Below, in pieces: positions 22,593 to 32,340 of a stretch of 64,000 bases of DNA. The stretch covers positions 1 to 64,000 of the forward strand of contig CAVZQN010000011.1 of NCBI GenBank assembly GCA_963777505.1, in the 5' to 3' direction. Under the pieces are notes generated by a model. It was given only the letters and a program-made list of their open reading frames with translations, did no database searches and was not told the DNA's origin. Source of the stretch: an uncultured bacterium (GTDB taxonomy: Bacteria; Acidobacteriota; HRBIN11; JAKEFK01). Every line of letters starts with the position of its first letter. The first letter of the stretch is position 1. Made by a program: the position numbers and the translations under genes.

Positions 22593-24305
22593 ATGAAAAA
22601 CGTTTTGGAAAGTTTGCGCGAATTTAGCAGGATGAGCGAAACGGGAGTTTATTTTGCAGATGCTGTTGGAAAACTGAAATATGTTCCGACAGGGGAGTTG
22701 ATTTCAAATGCAAGGCGATTTGCTGGAGGACTTAAGAAATCGGGAGCAAAGCCAGGTGAACCGGTAATTCTTGTTATGACAGAACCGGAATCTGCAATTA
22801 ATGCAATTCTTGGTTGCATGATTGCAGAATGCCCACCGACCCCTGTTTATCCGCCACTCAATTTAAATGGTGTTTCCAATTTTCTCAATTTCATAAAACA
22901 CGTTGCGTCAAGGTCGGGTGCAACGTTTGTAGTCGCGGATTCGCAGCCATATGGAATTCTTGGCAATGTCCCGAAGGATTCTCCGCTTGTGCGAAGTGTC
23001 TTACGTTCTTCTGATGTCATGATTAACGCTCGTCCCGCTGAAATACCGAGTAACATTCCAGAAATAGCATTCTTACAATTCACATCGGGAAGCACATCGA
23101 CCCCTAAAGGGGTAATGGTTACACATTCATCTCTGTGGTCTAACCTCGAAATGATCCGTTCGGCATCACACATGGATCGCGAATCTTGTGTTGTTACCTG
23201 GCTTCCTGTTTATCATGACATGGGCTTGATCGGGACTGTTCTCAATGCAATTACATTACCTTGCCAATTGGTTGTAATTCCTCCGATCGTATTTCTAAAA
23301 CGTCCGAGACTTTGGCTTGAATTAATTACAAAGTTTCGCGGAACTCATACAGCTGCGCCAAACTTCGCATATGGTTTGTCTGTGCGAAGAGTTTCGGATC
23401 AAACCGGAATTGATCTTGGCAGCATGACAACTTTTATTTGTGGAGCTGAACCTGTATCACCGCAAACCATGGAAAACTTCGTTGCACACTATAGTGCTCA
23501 CGGATTGAAAGCGGAAGCGATGGTTCCAGCTTATGGTTTAGCGGAAGCCACTCTCGCTGTGACCTTTACACCTTATTTGCGGGGATTAAGATCCGAGAAT
23601 ATTGACCTGGAAACTCTTAGCGCGGGCAGAACAGCAATCCGTTCGATGAATGGATCAAAATCGATTCGCATCGCTTCCTGTGGCCTTCCAATGAATGGAT
23701 TGAAGATTCGTATTGCCTCAGAAAAAGGTGATGTACAAGCGGAACGAATGATTGGAGAAATTCAGGTCTCAGGTGAAAGCGTTACGCCAGGATATATCAA
23801 CGATGAAAGTGCTACACGGGATTCACGTACACCAGATGGCTGGCTAAAGACAGGCGATTTAGGATATCTTGCGGATGGAGAACTTCATGTTTGCGGACGG
23901 ATCAAGGATGTAATTATTGTTGCAGGCAAGAATTATCATGCACATGATATCGAGGGTGCCGCGGCTGAAGTTCAAGGAGTCAGGACAGGGAATGTCGTTG
24001 CTTTCAGCACACGTTCTGGATTGAAAGAAGCGCTAATCGTCATCGCGGAAACGCGTGATGAAGAAAATTCCGCTGATCTTTCCAAAAAAATTCGAAATCA
24101 TCTTGCAACAACGATCGGCATATCGCCGGATCAAGTTTTGCTCGTTCCACCGGCAACTCTACCTAAAACATCCAGTGGCAAGCTCAAACGCTCAGAAACA
24201 AAGAACCTGTACGAGCGCGGAGAACTTGGCAAAAAAACAAGCACTTTATCCAACATCACTGAATTCATTAAATCTAAGGTCGGTTTTCTGCGCAGTGGTA
24301 AGTAA
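22593..24305 (+). CDS. Fatty acyl-AMP ligase (FAAL)
   Basis: FLQFTSGSTSTPKGV, WLPVYHDMGLIG, PNFAY, AYGLAEATLAV followed by a FAAL-type insertion, LPKTSSGK. TTG 22581 is an alternative start. Confidence 0.9.
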   Translation: MKNVLESLREFSRMSETGVYFADAVGKLKYVPTGELISNARRFAGGLKKSGAKPGEPVILVMTEPESAINAILGCMIAECPPTPVYPPLNLNGVSNFLNFIKHVASRSGATFVVADSQPYGILGNVPKDSPLVRSVLRSSDVMINARPAEIPSNIPEIAFLQFTSGSTSTPKGVMVTHSSLWSNLEMIRSASHMDRESCVVTWLPVYHDMGLIGTVLNAITLPCQLVVIPPIVFLKRPRLWLELITKFRGTHTAAPNFAYGLSVRRVSDQTGIDLGSMTTFICGAEPVSPQTMENFVAHYSAHGLKAEAMVPAYGLAEATLAVTFTPYLRGLRSENIDLETLSAGRTAIRSMNGSKSIRIASCGLPMNGLKIRIASEKGDVQAERMIGEIQVSGESVTPGYINDESATRDSRTPDGWLKTGDLGYLADGELHVCGRIKDVIIVAGKNYHAHDIEGAAAEVQGVRTGNVVAFSTRSGLKEALIVIAETRDEENSADLSKKIRNHLATTIGISPDQVLLVPPATLPKTSSGKLKRSETKNLYERGELGKKTSTLSNITEFIKSKVGFLRSGK

Positions 24306-24319
24306 GTTGTTCGTGGTTT

Positions 24320-24389
24320 AGCAAATAGCAATGAGTGCTGAGTAAACAGATCCTCCCAACTCATTGCTCAACACTCGTTGCTCATTGCT
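24320..24389. repeat. Heptamer-repeat inverted hairpin (AGCAATG/CATTGCT type)
   Basis: AGCAAAT AGCAATG AGTGCTG AGT ... ACT CATTGCT CAACACT CGTTGCT CATTGCT. Confidence 0.75.
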
Positions 24390-24450
24390 GTTTTGTGTGA
24401 AATGATTGCAATTTCAATAAACCCGCACTTCAAGCCTCAAAGGAGGAAAA

Positions 24451-25242
24451 ATGGAACAGTGGAACGTCTACCTTCAAATGATTGCACGATGGCTTCATGT
24501 GGTTGCTGGTATTGTCTGGATTGGCCACCTCTACTTTTTTAATTTTGTAAACGCTCACCTTGCCAAATCGTATGATGCCGATTCAAAAAAGAAAGTTGTT
24601 CCGGAGTTGATGCCCCGCGCATTGTACTGGTTCCGTTGGGGAGCAGCATGGACATGGATTACAGGTGTAATGCTTGCTCTTTTGGTTTACTACCACGCGG
24701 GAATTATGGTCCCTCCAGGCAGCCCATATTCAAATACAACCGCGGTTCTGATTGCTCTGGGAATTATCCTGGTGATTTTTTTCATCTATGATGCCTTATG
24801 GAAAGCCATAAAAGATGAAAAAGTCGGAGCGGTTATTTCCTATGTTTTAATCGTCGCATTATTGTTTGGACTTTCCAGAATATTTACTGAAAGAGCGCTC
24901 TACATTCATCTCGGCGCATTTTTCGGAACAATCATGGCGATGAACGTTTGGATGCGGATTTGGCCTGCCCAAAAGAAAATCATTGCAGGTATCAAGGGTA
25001 CTGCACCTGCTCCTGATGCTTCAGTTGCGGCTCTCGCTGGATTGCGATCGAAACATAACACCTACATGAGTGTGCCGCTCATTTTTGCGATGATCAGCAA
25101 TCATTATCCAACTGTTTACGGAGAAAAGAATAGCTGGATATTTATGGCAGTTGTTGTCTTGATCGGCTGGTTATTGACCCGCTGGCTATACATCAAATCA
25201 GGAAGCCCTTCGACACTGAATATTCAAGACGCAAAATCGTAA
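24451..25242 (+). CDS. Urate oxidase N-terminal domain (PuuD-like) membrane protein without cytochrome c domain
   Basis: RWLHVVAGIVWIG, WFRWGAAWTWITG, GTIMAMNVW..IWPAQ, RSKHNTYMSVP...MISNHYP; AGGAGG RBS. Confidence 0.85.
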   Translation: MEQWNVYLQMIARWLHVVAGIVWIGHLYFFNFVNAHLAKSYDADSKKKVVPELMPRALYWFRWGAAWTWITGVMLALLVYYHAGIMVPPGSPYSNTTAVLIALGIILVIFFIYDALWKAIKDEKVGAVISYVLIVALLFGLSRIFTERALYIHLGAFFGTIMAMNVWMRIWPAQKKIIAGIKGTAPAPDASVAALAGLRSKHNTYMSVPLIFAMISNHYPTVYGEKNSWIFMAVVVLIGWLLTRWLYIKSGSPSTLNIQDAKS

Positions 25243-25258
25243 TTGTGTAACGAAAGCA

Positions 25259-25283
25259 GGGCGGGTCTTAGACCCGCCCCTAC
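25259..25283. repeat. REP-like palindrome, GTAG/CTAC family
   Basis: GGGCGGGTC-TTA-GACCCGCCC-CTAC between convergent genes; may also act as a terminator. Confidence 0.75.
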
Positions 25284-25284
25284 T

Positions 25285-25836
25285 TCAGAATTTCCAGCGT
25301 ACTCCGCCATATAGTTTGAAGTTATCATTAAAACTTCTGACGAACTCATTTCGATTTACAAGAAATACCGATAGACGATCCGTCACCGCAACGTCAATTT
25401 CACCGATGAAGTGAAGCCCTGGCTGAACCGATGAATTTGAAAACTCGCGATCGGGAAATATTGGATCATTGCTATCAAATGATGCCTCATTTTTCAGAAA
25501 ATGAGCGCCCAAACCGCCGCCAAACGAAAAACTAAAACGATCTTTGGGAATTGTGAAAAGGGCATGCATTCCAACATTTACATCACGGAATAACCCGGTT
25601 GTTTGAGTACATCCTGTTGATAGACAGATCTCATCAGAAAATGATCTTTCTGTATATCCAATTTCGGGATTCAATGAGAAATTGTCATTCAAAAACAGGC
25701 GATAGCTTCCAGTTATCCAATATCTATCATCTCCTGGTTTCTCAACGCCAAGTCCAAGACCTACGCTTTGAGCGAGTACAGGGATTGGAACAAAAACGAG
25801 GAACAGAAAAAGATTAGAAATAACGCGACGCCTCAT
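25285..25836 (-). CDS. Small outer-membrane beta-barrel protein
   Basis: Signal peptide (VLA-Q), alternating beta strands, C-terminal YGGVRWKF. Confidence 0.8.
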   Translation of the reverse strand: MRRRVISNLFLFLVFVPIPVLAQSVGLGLGVEKPGDDRYWITGSYRLFLNDNFSLNPEIGYTERSFSDEICLSTGCTQTTGLFRDVNVGMHALFTIPKDRFSFSFGGGLGAHFLKNEASFDSNDPIFPDREFSNSSVQPGLHFIGEIDVAVTDRLSVFLVNRNEFVRSFNDNFKLYGGVRWKF

Positions 25837-25911
25837 AGTCCACTCACTCCTTACTTACTTTTTAGTAAGTTCAATGAGTATGACTCCAGAATGTTCTACT
25901 TTTTCCTAATA

Positions 25912-27132
25912 TTAGTTTCGAGGCGTGAGGGAATTTTGCTCAAGTAATTTTAAGATACTGAAGGCGGCGGACTTATTGTGGGCGCAATTGCCCCTGAATT
26001 TCATCATTTCGCAGAGCTCGCGAATTTTCGTAATTTTTTCAGAGGTAATTCTGTTTGTTTCTAAAAGTTCTTGAAAGATCTTGTGACTTTCTTGAGTCCC
26101 TATTGTACAGGGCGGGCACGTTTTACAACTTTCACGGGCAAAGAAGCCTGAAATGTTTTCAGCAAGTTTAAGGAACGTTGTGGAATCGTCAATGACGATC
26201 ATTCCGCCGGTGCCTAAATGGCTGCCTGCTTTTTTCACGCTTTCAAAATCAAGCGAAATATCTGGTTCAACAGGAAGTAGTGGTGTTGACGGACCACCAG
26301 GCAAAACCGCAACAAGTTTGCGGCCCTGTAATGGACCGCCTCCATATTGAAATAACAATTCGGACAATTTTATTCCGAGTGGAACTTCATACAATCCGGG
26401 ATTCTTAATCTGACCCGATAAACAGAAGAGTTTCGTCCCCGGTGAGGAGGGAGTACCAAATCTGCGAAAACTCTCCGCCCCATATAGTACTATGTTTATA
26501 GTATTACAAATGGTCTCAACATTGCTGACCAGTGTTGGAGCGTCCCATAATCCGTATTCAAAAGGTCTTGGTGGTTTTGTCCTTGGAATCGCAGGCTTTC
26601 CTTCCAGAGATTCCAGCATTGCTGTTTCTTCGCCTGCGATATAGGAATTCTCACCGCGGTGAATAATGATTTGAACGGGCAAGGTCTTGCCGGGGCCAAT
26701 TAATCCTGCAGCTTCGGCTTGAGCTAGTGCTTGTGCGAGCGCTTTTTCTTCCTGAAAAAAAGTGCCGCGTAAATAGATGAATGCCTGAGAAGCGCCAATT
26801 GCATGTGCAGTAATTGCTGTGGCTTCCAGAATTTGATGAGGATTCTTTAACAAAGCATGGTCCTTAAACGAACCAGGTTCGCCTTCAGCGATGTTGCATA
26901 CGAAATACTTTGGAAATCTCGATTGGGATGCGACGGCTCGCATTTTTACCCCGGTAGGGAAGCCGGCACCGCCGCGCCCTTGTAATCCGGAATGTTCTAC
27001 AAGCGCAATGATGTCTTCACCCTTCATAGCAGATGCCTTAACTAACGCGGCATAGCCATCATGAGCACGATAGACATCAAGATCTTCGATGTTTGGAATT
27101 TCATGCATCCGCAACAACACTTCCGACTCCAT
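25912..27132 (-). CDS. Stand-alone NuoF-like (complex I 51 kDa) FMN/NADH-binding Fe-S protein
   Basis: GLQGRGGAGFPTG, EGEPGSFKD, YIAGEETAMLESLEGK, NVET, ESCKTCPPC...C; no other nuo genes in the window. Confidence 0.88.
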   Translation of the reverse strand: MESEVLLRMHEIPNIEDLDVYRAHDGYAALVKASAMKGEDIIALVEHSGLQGRGGAGFPTGVKMRAVASQSRFPKYFVCNIAEGEPGSFKDHALLKNPHQILEATAITAHAIGASQAFIYLRGTFFQEEKALAQALAQAEAAGLIGPGKTLPVQIIIHRGENSYIAGEETAMLESLEGKPAIPRTKPPRPFEYGLWDAPTLVSNVETICNTINIVLYGAESFRRFGTPSSPGTKLFCLSGQIKNPGLYEVPLGIKLSELLFQYGGGPLQGRKLVAVLPGGPSTPLLPVEPDISLDFESVKKAGSHLGTGGMIVIDDSTTFLKLAENISGFFARESCKTCPPCTIGTQESHKIFQELLETNRITSEKITKIRELCEMMKFRGNCAHNKSAAFSILKLLEQNSLTPRN

Positions 27133-27891
27133 TATGAGTTAATCATAGAGTCTTTGCGGTGAATGAGCTTTAAGACCCACAATGCATACAATACTTTCGC
27201 AGTTTCATGAGGCCCGGATGGTGAAGATGCGCAAATATCATAAAGACTCGTTTCCCCATCGACTTTGCGGAGGACTTCTCTTTCAGTCTCATCTGGTTCA
27301 TGCATTTCTAACGTCAGCTGCGAGTCCTCTTTTTTTTCAAGGATGGTTTTACGGTCTCCGACAAAACCAATAACACGTTTTGCAAGCGTAATATTCCTGA
27401 ATTCCATCCAGAATTGCACGAGGAATTGTTAAATCCAGAAGAATTGACTCACGTTCCTTGAAATTCCCAACATTAAAAACAGTTATCCCATCGAACCAGT
27501 TGAACAGACTCCACAGGATCATCTGTTGATGGCTTCGCACAGCCCAACTTAAGTCATCTTCTTCAATTCCTCCCATTTCTACAAGAATTTGGCCGATTCT
27601 TTTTCCTTTGCTATTTGCAAGGATTCTACTGGATGAAGCGAGCTGAGCACGCGTAATTTTGCCGCATCGAAACAAAAAATCACCGAGTTCATCTTCTTTC
27701 AAATTTGAAGCGGCGAAAATGATACGTCCATCACGCAGGAATAGCCTTTTGCATGCATGTTTGTGAGTTAGTGTGAGGACACCAGGCACGCGGTATTGCC
27801 CGATTGTATACAACAATTCTGGCAAGGGATGTTCTGCCAGATTTCCCTTATACGAAAACTGCTGCCGGATTTCTGCCGGCTCTTTGATCAT
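27132..27891 (-). CDS. DUF4388 domain protein, one frameshift near 27400
   Basis: YKGNLAEHPLPELL...PGVLTL...RLFLRDGRIIFAASN...LGDFL...LFNWFDG...ILDGI continues into RNITLAKRV...KVDGETSLYDIC (wHTH-like) after removing one base. Confidence 0.8.
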
Positions 27892-27906
27892 ATTTTCAAT
27901 AAGTCT

Positions 27907-28398
27907 TTACTTAGTTTCGGGCTGATCTTGCTTCAACATTTTAGTCATTTTAAGAACAGTATGACCATTCCGAAATTCGTAAGTAACTTCATCCATGAAG
28001 TTTTTTATGTAGAAAATTCCACGGCCTGTAGATTTCAATAAGTTCTCCGGCAACAACGGATTCTCTACTGATTCTGGGTTGAATCCCTCTCCTTCGTCCT
28101 CTATTGTGACTTCAAGTATCTTATTTTCGTAAACCAGGCGGATGATGACTTTTCGCTCTTCGACCAGCTGGTTGCCATGTTTTATGGCGTTGCTGATTCC
28201 CTCGCGTACAGCCAAAATGATCCAATGCGTCGTGTCCTCATCGAAACCGATGAGACTGCACACGTACTTCACTACATCGTGGCCGATGTCAATGAACTTA
28301 TAGTTGCTATTAATAATGATATCGACTTCGTACTCGGCCCCAGGCATACGGTTCGAATGGACCTCCTCGCGCGCATACTCATTGCTTTCGTTTGTCAT
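27907..28398 (-). CDS. RsbW/SpoIIAB-like anti-sigma Ser/Thr kinase (HATPase_c)
   Basis: LAVREGISNAIKHGN, IEDEGEGF, GRGIFYIKNFMD. Start uncertain (28398 or 28347). Confidence 0.88.
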   Translation of the reverse strand: MTNESNEYAREEVHSNRMPGAEYEVDIIINSNYKFIDIGHDVVKYVCSLIGFDEDTTHWIILAVREGISNAIKHGNQLVEERKVIIRLVYENKILEVTIEDEGEGFNPESVENPLLPENLLKSTGRGIFYIKNFMDEVTYEFRNGHTVLKMTKMLKQDQPETK

Positions 28399-28439
28399 TT
28401 TACATTTAAACGAGAAAGACACAAAGCTCTTCAAAAATC

Positions 28440-29150
28440 TTAAAACTGTATTGTAGCCTTAAGGGGCAGGTGATCCGATGCCAGGCGGCATAGCGGCGAT
28501 ATAAAAGCTTCAATCGATGTTTTTAGCTTTTTGGGATGGATCCATATCCTATCCAAGGAGAATAAAGGCAGCCACGATGGAAATGTGGCAGGCGAAGCAC
28601 ATTTTCCGAGAAGCTTGTCGATACTGCGAACACTTCCAAAGCCAAAAGATTTCCATTCGTTAAAATCGCCCATGATAATCAGAGGTGATGGCAGAGTTGC
28701 GTCGATCATACTTAGAATTTTTTTTACCTGATAGTGACGTTCGGCAGCAGTAAGTCCGAAGTGCACATCCAGTATCCGTACAGGAATCCCGTTTACATCT
28801 ACATCAATGTCCAGAACACCTCTTGGCTCCCGCCCCTCAATAGAAACATCCGCATTTCTGATGCCGGTTACAGGTATACGCGTTAATATTGCATTGCCGA
28901 AATGCCCTAATTCATGAGTTATTGTTGGCCCTGGTACTGCGGTCATACTCATTTCTTCGGCTAAATAGTCTAGCTGCCTGCTTAGCCCCGTTCCGGGATG
29001 AAGTCTGGAATCGACTTCTTGCAAACAATAAACATCGGCATTCAAACTTTTTAGAACACACACGATTCGGGACGGATCGTACAGTCGATCTGTTCCGATA
29101 CATCCATGAATGTTATAGGAGGCGCAAACGAAGGATTTATCTGACGGCAT
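28440..29150 (-). CDS. Endonuclease/exonuclease/phosphatase (YbhP-like) protein
   Basis: SYNIH, LQEVD, GNAILT, GDFNEW, LDRIW, SDHLP. Confidence 0.92.
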   Translation of the reverse strand: MPSDKSFVCASYNIHGCIGTDRLYDPSRIVCVLKSLNADVYCLQEVDSRLHPGTGLSRQLDYLAEEMSMTAVPGPTITHELGHFGNAILTRIPVTGIRNADVSIEGREPRGVLDIDVDVNGIPVRILDVHFGLTAAERHYQVKKILSMIDATLPSPLIIMGDFNEWKSFGFGSVRSIDKLLGKCASPATFPSWLPLFSLDRIWIHPKKLKTSIEAFISPLCRLASDHLPLKATIQF

Positions 29151-31266
29151 CTGTTGAGTCTGCGTTTGTTAATTTTCGTCTCACACCGAGCCGGTTTCTG
29201 ATAATCGCCGCAAGAAGTAGAAGGCTTCCAATCACAACAACGAGCATGAACACACTGAAGGCATCAGGCCTCTTAATCGCAGACTTCAGGCTATTTCCGA
29301 AAAGAGTCATTCCTAACAAGCCAGGAAGCATTCCAATCGCGGTGCCTAAAATAAAATCCAAAAAGCGAATTCGTGATGCACCTGCAACAATATTTACGAT
29401 AGAAAAAGGGGCGATTGGAAGCATCCGCACAAAGATAATTGTAAGTAACCCCTTTTTTGCAATTAGTTTAGAGATTCGATTGAGTTTGTTTCCTGCAATT
29501 TCTCTTACCCTATTTCTTGCCAGCAGTCGACCGATCCAATATGTGAAAGCAGCAGCAGCAACACTTCCTATGAGCGAATAACCGAATCCAAAAATTGGTC
29601 CATATAAGAAAATTGTGGCAAGCATCAGAATCGTGATTGGAAATAACACAAGAGAACCCGCTAAATATGAGCCCGTGACAATCAGCAATGAGAGTGGCCC
29701 GCTCTTTACAGAGGCAACATTTTCTGCCAGCTCCTTTGGATCGACAAAGTTGCGAAGAGGAGTCCAGTACCAGCTTGCAGCAAGCAAAACAACAAGAGCT
29801 AAAAAAACTCCAGTCATGAAGATTTCATTTCCGATTTGCTTTTTCTGCTCCGTCTCAACGACAAAATCATCGACCCAACCTTCAAAATCAATAGGTCTTT
29901 CAGGATCGACGATATCGCGATCTGTGAGAAGGGAGGGAGAAAATTCAAGGCTTTCTGTGTCCAAAACCTTCAGATGCCTTGTCAATCCTTTTCTGAGATC
30001 GATGATCTTATTCATCGAGCCATGTGTTTTCAGTGCTGCTTGCACATCTTCAGCCGACATTCCAAGATGTTCACCTAGAAGACGGTTACGAATTCTTCCA
30101 ATCGCATCTTCAATCTGTGATGAACCGTCGGATTCAATTGTTACATTGCATTCAGTATCAAGACCCATCGAGCGATTACTCAAGTTCGCAGAGCCAATTG
30201 TCACTACGGAGTCATCCACAACAATTACTTTTGAATGGACGAGTACTGGCGTTTCTTGATTTACCGGAAAACAGACACGAAGTCTATTATGTTGATCGGA
30301 AGAACTCAGACGTTTTAGCATTCTGCATCGCAGTGCGCCCATCGTGCTTTCTTCCAGCCAACCCGAACAATCACGCGGTACTACGATCACGATTTCAGGC
30401 CCATCGGACTGACGAAGGCTTTCCTCGAGGACCTTTTCAAAACAGGCACTGGTTAAATATTGTGCTTCAATGTAGAGCCATTTTTGGCAGACTTTCACAA
30501 TATCCACAAACAGATTTTTGATTTCCTGTACTCCTGCGTTTCTGTCATAAGGTGGTTCAGTTCGCGAAATACTAATTTTGCAATCTATGAAATCAGGACT
30601 TACATCTGTTGGCCAAATAAGCTGAAAGGGTGCTGGTGCCTTCAGAGATTTTCTTGTTGCTTTATGCCAGCGGTCGCGCACCAGCTCTCCAAAATGCTTT
30701 GCGGCCTTTCCGTCACACATTATTTGGATGTCATGGAAAGGGGAGTATGGGGCGTTATTTGCATCGATTCTGCGGGAATCATTTGGAATATGTTCCGGAG
30801 TGTCCCATCGCTGTCGAGTGATATCTAATCCGCCACAAAACGCAATTTGGTCATCAATGACCACAATTTTCTGGTGATGTGAACCGGCAAGAGGGTGCTT
30901 ATCGTCTTTTTCGTAATGGATCCTGCGGTGTCCGGGCATTCCAGCACCAAACATGGGCATAAGCCCTCGTTCCGCTGCATAGATCATTGCGAAATCCCAT
31001 TCGAGGATGTGGATGTGGAGTCGTTTGTTTTTCTTTACGAGCCGAATTAAAAATTGTGCAAATGTTTCATCGTCGTTTTCTATCAGCTTTGTGCGCCAAT
31101 CTATGTCCCAGGCTAAAATCAGAATTGATTCCTTCGCTTGTTCAGCAACATCAACAAACGCTTTATAAAATGCAGCAGCATCCACTAAAACGGCGAGACG
31201 ATTAGTGGCCGCAGTTTTCCAGCAATTGTGACCTTCTTTCAAAATTGAATTTTGCAATGTATTCAT
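29137..31266 (-). CDS. Phospholipase D-family protein fused to a VTT/DedA (SNARE-associated) membrane domain
   Basis: Two HKD motifs (HHQKIVVID, HSKVIVVD), GSANLSNRS; C-terminal RMLPIAPFSIVN...FLDFILGTAIGMLP. Confidence 0.92.
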   Translation of the reverse strand: MNTLQNSILKEGHNCWKTAATNRLAVLVDAAAFYKAFVDVAEQAKESILILAWDIDWRTKLIENDDETFAQFLIRLVKKNKRLHIHILEWDFAMIYAAERGLMPMFGAGMPGHRRIHYEKDDKHPLAGSHHQKIVVIDDQIAFCGGLDITRQRWDTPEHIPNDSRRIDANNAPYSPFHDIQIMCDGKAAKHFGELVRDRWHKATRKSLKAPAPFQLIWPTDVSPDFIDCKISISRTEPPYDRNAGVQEIKNLFVDIVKVCQKWLYIEAQYLTSACFEKVLEESLRQSDGPEIVIVVPRDCSGWLEESTMGALRCRMLKRLSSSDQHNRLRVCFPVNQETPVLVHSKVIVVDDSVVTIGSANLSNRSMGLDTECNVTIESDGSSQIEDAIGRIRNRLLGEHLGMSAEDVQAALKTHGSMNKIIDLRKGLTRHLKVLDTESLEFSPSLLTDRDIVDPERPIDFEGWVDDFVVETEQKKQIGNEIFMTGVFLALVVLLAASWYWTPLRNFVDPKELAENVASVKSGPLSLLIVTGSYLAGSLVLFPITILMLATIFLYGPIFGFGYSLIGSVAAAAFTYWIGRLLARNRVREIAGNKLNRISKLIAKKGLLTIIFVRMLPIAPFSIVNIVAGASRIRFLDFILGTAIGMLPGLLGMTLFGNSLKSAIKRPDAFSVFMLVVVIGSLLLLAAIIRNRLGVRRKLTNADSTDAVR

Positions 31267-31341
31267 TTATGGAACCACGACAGGAAAGATATGAATTTTG
31301 TGCGCCTGAGCCAAATGGTGAGTGGGGCCTATAATGGAGGG

Positions 31342-32340
31342 ATGCCGGTTCAGTTGAAAGAAATTGGTGAGAAAAATCTGCTGATGAAACTGCGCAGATT
31401 CCTCAGCGATTCGCCGTCAATTGTGCGGATTTTTTCTGAAGATTGCGCCGTTCTTTGGGGTAATCCTGGACAGTACAAACTCTATACGACAGATGCGCTT
31501 ATAGAGGATGTTCATTTTCGGCTTGAGTATGCGGATCCCTATTCAATCGGACGCAAGGCAGTTCTTGTAAATCTTAGCGATATTTCAGCCATGGGAGGTA
31601 CGCCATCGTTTTTTATGCTATCGGCCGGTTTTCCTGAAGATACTTCGGTGGAGTTAGTCGAAGAGTTATATCAAGGCATGCTTTCAGCGGCTGTTGAAAA
31701 CAATATCGCCTTTACGGGCGGCAATCTCACCAGATCTCCGCAAATATTCCTGGATATATCTATGTCGGGTGACGTTTCGGCCGATGAAGCCTTGCTTCGA
31801 AATGGCGGTAAAGCAGGTGATAGAATCTTCGTTACAGCACCACTCGGGGCCTCCGCCGCAGGTTTAACATGCTTGAAAAGCGGATTTCGCTCAGGCAAGA
31901 CGGAAAATTCTGCAATTGGCAGGGCAATACGTTCGCACTTAGAGCCGCCAAACAATAACCAGCTGGCGCGCAAGATCGCTTCATTGAAATTGGCAACAAG
32001 CATGATTGATCTCAGCGATGGTCTTGCGGGGGATCTTGCGGAATTATGCCGTGAGAGTGGAACAGGCGCCCGTGTTGATATCAGCAGTGTACCCATTCAT
32101 CCTATCGTCGAAGAGCTAAAGAACACCATGAAGTGGGATCCGTTGGATCTTGCGCTCTATGGCGGGGAAGACTACCATTTGCTATTTACAGTTTCGCCTG
32201 AACACAAATCCGAATTTCTCGAACGAATGAAAGATCTAATCATGTTTGAGATTGGAATGTTGACCCCGGACCCAGGGAAGATCTTCGGGGAACGAAACGG
32301 TGAATTGTTTGCATTGAAAACTGGTTATGAACACTTTTGA
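31342..32340 (+). CDS. thiL: Thiamine-monophosphate kinase
   Basis: LKEIGE, EDCAV, TTDALIEDVHF, VNLSDISAMGG, MIDLSDGL, GGEDYHLLFT. Confidence 0.95.
   Translation: MPVQLKEIGEKNLLMKLRRFLSDSPSIVRIFSEDCAVLWGNPGQYKLYTTDALIEDVHFRLEYADPYSIGRKAVLVNLSDISAMGGTPSFFMLSAGFPEDTSVELVEELYQGMLSAAVENNIAFTGGNLTRSPQIFLDISMSGDVSADEALLRNGGKAGDRIFVTAPLGASAAGLTCLKSGFRSGKTENSAIGRAIRSHLEPPNNNQLARKIASLKLATSMIDLSDGLAGDLAELCRESGTGARVDISSVPIHPIVEELKNTMKWDPLDLALYGGEDYHLLFTVSPEHKSEFLERMKDLIMFEIGMLTPDPGKIFGERNGELFALKTGYEHF

Noticed and set aside
28889-30259. Long antisense ORFs (230 aa and 214 aa) and similar shadows such as 10156..10683, 33445..33948 and 43069..43554
   Set aside because: They lie opposite well-supported genes and have no motifs of their own.
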